From: an uncultured Candidatus Saccharibacteria bacterium
GTDB lineage: Bacteria > Patescibacteriota > UBA1384 > XYA2-FULL-43-10 > 1-14-0-10-43-13
Length of the DNA stretch: 32,000 nt
Reading direction: 5' to 3'
Assembly (NCBI GenBank): GCA_964543385.1
Contig: CAZIYE010000004.1
Coordinates: forward strand, 1 to 32,000
The notes below the pieces were generated by a model. The model did not search any database. It worked only from the letters and a program-made list of their open reading frames with translations, and was not told the origin of the DNA. Positions 28,716-32,000 of this stretch are shown piece by piece. Position 1 is the first letter of the stretch, and every line of letters starts with the position of its first letter. Made by a program: the position numbers and the translations under genes.

Positions 28716-30173
28716 CTATTTCCCAAAATTAATTGATGAAAGCGGGATATTAGCAAGAAATTCAACCATCCGCAGAATATATTCAAGACCTGGCCATAAT
28801 GCTGCAACTGCAACTTTGCCAATTGGATAACAAATAATACCAAGTAAGCCAGTGGCAAATGTGGCAAGCATAATCCAAGGAACTATCCAGACTACGAGGA
28901 TATTGGCGATTGGCGAAATTATAGAAACTAAGCCAAATTGGCAGAGAATCAGTGGAGTAACCGCAAATTGTGCACCCAAAGTTTCAGATAATGCTAACCT
29001 TACATTTTCCGGTAAGAAATTTGTCCTTTTCTTCTCTAGATATCGGGCTATCACCGGAGCCAAATAAATCAATCCGGCAAAGGCCAAGAAGGATAACTGG
29101 AAGCCAATATCATATGGCAAAATGTATGGATTCATCAAGACCATAACCATTGCTGCAAGAAGTAATAAATTAGTTTGATCTGCTCTTCTTCCGATGGTTG
29201 AGCCGAATAAGATGAGTAAAGAAAATATTGCTGCTCGAACTACGCTCGCCGAACCTCCGGTCATGACAACAAAGAGTGTAACTAAAATTATGCCCAGCAA
29301 AAAAGTTTGTCGACGGCCAAGATATATGACTAAAGATTTGGCGAATATTGCGATTAGGATTGTGACGTTAAAGCCCGACAAGGCAATAATATGAGTAAGT
29401 CCTGTTTTCTGGAGATCAAGCATCAGATCGTCCGGAATATTTTTCTTGACACCCAGCAATATACCAGAAGCTAAAGATGAGTGTGGCTCTGGCAATAATC
29501 TATTGAGAGAATTTTCAAAAGTGTTTGCTATGTTGTATAGAAAACCATATACCCTATCTGTTGGATTGGCTGAAAAACCTTGGAAACTAATTTTTGTAGG
29601 GCTTTTTATCTCTCCGACAATATGCCATCTCTTGAGATAGTTTTTATAGTCAAAACCAGAAAAATTCTCTGGTTCTGAAATTTTACCCTGCAAATTTAAA
29701 TATTCACCGAAATGATATTCTGGAAATGTAGGAAGACGAACAATTACTTTTGCCCCAATCATCTCTTCTGAAGTGGCACCGTCTGCTAAGCATTTCTCGA
29801 TGCTAATAACGACCTTTTGATTTTTGTAGTTTGGCTCAGGCCTCTGAGATATCTTTCCGACTATCTCTAAATCCTTTTCAAATGTTATATTTCGCTGATT
29901 TTTCCAATCATTGTATGAATAAAATCCAGATCCCAAAAAAAGAAAAAACAGACAAAAAGAGATAAGAACCAAAATTTTTGATTTGAACAAATAGTTAAAG
30001 AGTGCGGCACAAAGTAGTGCAATAATTACATATAAAAATATCTGCCACGACACGGAAAAATTAATATTTACGAGAGAGGCAATAAAAATACCAGCAAGAA
30101 ACGATGAACAGAGGACCGTAAAAATACGGTATGGATAATAAATATCTTTAAAGATTTTAGCTAGAGAAGCCAT
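28716..30173 (-). CDS. comEC: ComEC/Rec2 competence channel membrane part (OB/DUF4131-like and Competence domain)
   Basis: ORF 485 aa; LLSGVLLGVKK-like LASGILLGVKKNIPDDLMLDLQKTGLTHIIALSGFNVTILI, GGSASVVRAAIFSLLILFGSTIGRRADQTNLLLLAAMVMVLMNPYILPYDIGFQLSFLAFAGL. Confidence 0.92.
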   Translation of the reverse strand: MASLAKIFKDIYYPYRIFTVLCSSFLAGIFIASLVNINFSVSWQIFLYVIIALLCAALFNYLFKSKILVLISFCLFFLFLGSGFYSYNDWKNQRNITFEKDLEIVGKISQRPEPNYKNQKVVISIEKCLADGATSEEMIGAKVIVRLPTFPEYHFGEYLNLQGKISEPENFSGFDYKNYLKRWHIVGEIKSPTKISFQGFSANPTDRVYGFLYNIANTFENSLNRLLPEPHSSLASGILLGVKKNIPDDLMLDLQKTGLTHIIALSGFNVTILIAIFAKSLVIYLGRRQTFLLGIILVTLFVVMTGGSASVVRAAIFSLLILFGSTIGRRADQTNLLLLAAMVMVLMNPYILPYDIGFQLSFLAFAGLIYLAPVIARYLEKKRTNFLPENVRLALSETLGAQFAVTPLILCQFGLVSIISPIANILVVWIVPWIMLATFATGLLGIICYPIGKVAVAALWPGLEYILRMVEFLANIPLSSINFGK

Positions 30174-30298
30174 TGGCCACAGCTTATATTAGGTTAACTT
30201 CACTATATCATAAAAAGTTTTTGGCGCGGATTGCTGTTGAATATTATGGCAAGTTATACTATTAATAGATTAAGGATTATTAAATTTATTTAAAGATT

Positions 30299-30793
30299 AT
30301 GAAAAAAGAAGATAAAAAAACCGTAAAACAGGAAGAAGCTCCCGAGGTTTCTGAAAATGAGCAAAAAATCGGCGAACTAACGCTTGGATGGCAACGCTGT
30401 CAGGCTGATTTTCAAAATTACCGCCGCCAAGTTGAAGAAGACCGTAAAAAATTACTTAAACTAGCTAATGCCGACCTTATGATGGAGATATTACCGGTAT
30501 TAGACAATTTTCAGCTTGCAGCTAAACATGTGCCGACAGAATTAGAAACCAACAATTGGGCACAAGGAATCAGACAAATCGAAAAGCAACTTGAGACTAT
30601 ATTGGAGAGCGAGGGCCTGACTCGAATACAGACTGTTGGCTCTGAATTTAATCCCCATCTTCACGAAGCTATAGAACACGTTGAGTCCAATCAGCCAGAG
30701 GGTATAATTACCGAAGAAATCTCTGCCGGTTATGAATTTGATGGTACATCACTTCGACCGGCTAAAGTGAAAGTCTCATGCGGAAATAAATAA
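30299..30793 (+). CDS. grpE: nucleotide exchange factor GrpE
   Basis: ORF 164 aa; LTLGWQRCQADFQNYRRQVEEDRKKLLKLANADLMMEILPVLDNFQLAAKHVP, FNPHLHEAIEHVES, GYEFDGTSLRPAKVKVS. Confidence 0.95.
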   Translation: MKKEDKKTVKQEEAPEVSENEQKIGELTLGWQRCQADFQNYRRQVEEDRKKLLKLANADLMMEILPVLDNFQLAAKHVPTELETNNWAQGIRQIEKQLETILESEGLTRIQTVGSEFNPHLHEAIEHVESNQPEGIITEEISAGYEFDGTSLRPAKVKVSCGNK

Positions 30794-30832
30794 TTTGCGT
30801 AATATATAGCAGACTTAATTAGCTATCGACTT

Positions 30833-30851
30833 AGACAGCTTGTCTTTTTTG
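30833..30851 (+). terminator. short Rho-independent terminator after grpE
   Basis: AGACA-GCT-TGTCT followed by TTTTT; short stem. Confidence 0.45.
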
Positions 30852-30911
30852 TGTTATAAGGAATTCAGTGCCAATCATGGCCGAAACTCCCCTTTTCAAA
30901 AGGAGCCCCAT

Positions 30912-31220
30912 ATGTTGTTTGTGGACACATCACTGCTGTCAGCAGCAGGGGCAGTGATCTTCCGTGTCGGAGGTGGATTAGAAAGCATCACCATCGATGA
31001 CGTTGCACGGATCGTTGAACTTTACAACGGCGAAAGCAAGGAGCGACTCCTTGCACTGGCCTACATCGACGCGATCAAGGCGCGTGCCGCCTCGGACGGC
31101 AACACCGGCAAATTCGCCGAAATCGCCGCTGCGCTCGATGCTGCGCTCACCCCACGCGAGAAGGACATAACTCCCCTTCTCGAATCACTCCATCTGCCCG
31201 GAATGGGTGATGAGGGATAA
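30912..31220 (+). CDS. orphan GC-rich 102-aa protein, function unknown
   Basis: MLFVDTSLLSAAGAVIFRVGGGLESITIDDVARIVELYNGESKERLLALAYIDAIKARAASDGNTGKFAEIAAALDAALTPREKDITPLLESLHLPGMGDEG*; GGAG 6 nt before ATG. Confidence 0.6.
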   Translation: MLFVDTSLLSAAGAVIFRVGGGLESITIDDVARIVELYNGESKERLLALAYIDAIKARAASDGNTGKFAEIAAALDAALTPREKDITPLLESLHLPGMGDEG

Positions 31221-31230
31221 CATCCTCGAA

Positions 31231-31280
31231 AGCAAAAAGAGAGGGATCTCCACGCCGCCCATGGATTGGGCGGTTTTGCT
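31231..31280 (+). terminator. complex hairpin/terminator-like structure after the orphan ORF
   Basis: CCGCCC-ATGGATT-GGGCGG-TTTT; outer pair AGCAAAA/TTTTGCT encloses it and a small GAGA/TCTC hairpin. Confidence 0.6.
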
Positions 31281-31351
31281 TTTCTGGTCTTAATTTTGTC
31301 AATTACACACAATAAAATCGGATTGTCGCTTATAAAAAATCAAAAAAGGTC

Positions 31352-31382
31352 TTGACAAAATGTAAAGTCTACTTTACATTTT
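31352..31382 (+). promoter_or_regulatory. dnaK promoter region with palindromic operator
   Basis: TTGACA - 17 nt - TACATT overlapped by AAAATGTAAAG-TCTA-CTTTACATTTT; an alternative -10 TATAAT lies further downstream. Confidence 0.65.
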
Positions 31383-31471
31383 ATATGTATTGGTTATAAT
31401 ATAATCAAGCAATAACAATTGCCTTCGGGCAAGATTAACAAAGAAATTAAGTAATAAATAGGAGAACGATA

Positions 31472-32000
31472 TGTCAAAGATCATCGGTATTGACCTTGGT
31501 ACTACAAATTCAGCCGTGGCTGTAATGGAAGGTGGCGAGGCAAAGATCATTACTTCAAGCGAAGGTGGACGCACAGTACCATCGATAGTTGCAGAAACTA
31601 AAAAGGGAGATAGATTAATTGGCCAACTAGCCAAGAGACAAGCTGTCACAAATGGTGATAATACTATTTTTTCGGTCAAACGTTTTATTGGTCGCAAATT
31701 TGATGATCCAGAAGTTCAGGCAGACCTCAAGAAAATGCCTTATGAGACCAAAAAGGCCTCTGATGGCTCCGTCCGAGTAATTATGAATGGCAAGGAATAT
31801 AGTTCTCAGGAAATCTCTGCTTTCATTCTACAAAAAATTAAGGCTGATGCTGAAACCTATCTAGGTGGCAAAGTAACAGAAGCTGTTATCACTGTACCTG
31901 CGTATTTCAATGATGCACAACGCCAAGCTACCAAAGACGCCGGTAAGATTGCTGGGCTTGAGGTAAAAAGAATTATCAACGAGCCAACAGCTGCGGCTCT
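31472..32000 (+). CDS. dnaK: molecular chaperone DnaK (partial, runs off the window)
   Basis: AGGAGAACGATATG; [46 protein letters not shown]...[39 protein letters not shown]. Confidence 0.98.

Noticed and set aside
31061-31312. 83-aa minus-strand ORF opposite the GC-rich orphan ORF
   Set aside because: It covers the 3' hairpin and lacks an obvious RBS; the plus-strand ORF has GGAG at the right distance. High GC makes long spurious ORFs easy.
31357-31382. HrcA/CIRCE operator at dnaK
   Set aside because: Sequence does not match TTAGCACTC-N9-GAGTGCTAA; kept as a different operator candidate.
31374-31697. 107-aa minus-strand ORF from the track
   Set aside because: Antisense to the dnaK 5' region and promoter; dnaK motifs are unambiguous on the plus strand.
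1-32000. CRISPR array, transposon ends, integrase, rRNA or alternative genetic code
   Set aside because: No regularly spaced repeats, transposase/integrase motifs or rRNA signatures were seen; key ORFs (eno, ruvB, queA, gpmI) read full length without in-frame TGA, so no UGA recoding is needed.

Overview
Low-GC, gene-dense bacterial window that looks like a Candidatus Phyla Radiation/Patescibacteria-type genome (inference from gene content and small proteins; not tested). On the minus strand: a three-gene membrane glycosyltransferase module (395-4505), tRNA-Thr(CGT) and tRNA-Gly(CCC), a matrixin-like protease, an ECF sigma factor, a parvulin-type foldase, an LCP-family protein, tsaB/tsaE, an LTD/OB-fold surface protein, queA and queH, ruvB/ruvA, two CphA/GshAB-like ATP-grasp ligases, galT, ruvC, a YebC-family gene, and comEC split into a metallo-beta-lactamase ORF and a membrane ORF. 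On the plus strand: tRNA-Asp(GTC), two exported/coiled-coil proteins, eno, gpmI, a PGM1-like ATP-grasp ligase, grpE, a GC-rich orphan ORF, and the start of dnaK. Best candidates for something new: (1) a three-ligase ATP-grasp island plus galT that splits the usual yebC-ruvC-ruvA-ruvB order (21759-26509); (2) a GC-rich cassette-like ORF with its own RBS hairpin and a complex 3' structure between grpE and dnaK (30887-31280); (3) a perfect 11-bp inverted-repeat operator that is not CIRCE, inside the dnaK promoter; (4) a 10-A homopolymer that separates a well-formed RBS/ATG from its downstream ORF (7766-8093). No CRISPR array, transposase, integrase or rRNA was recognised.
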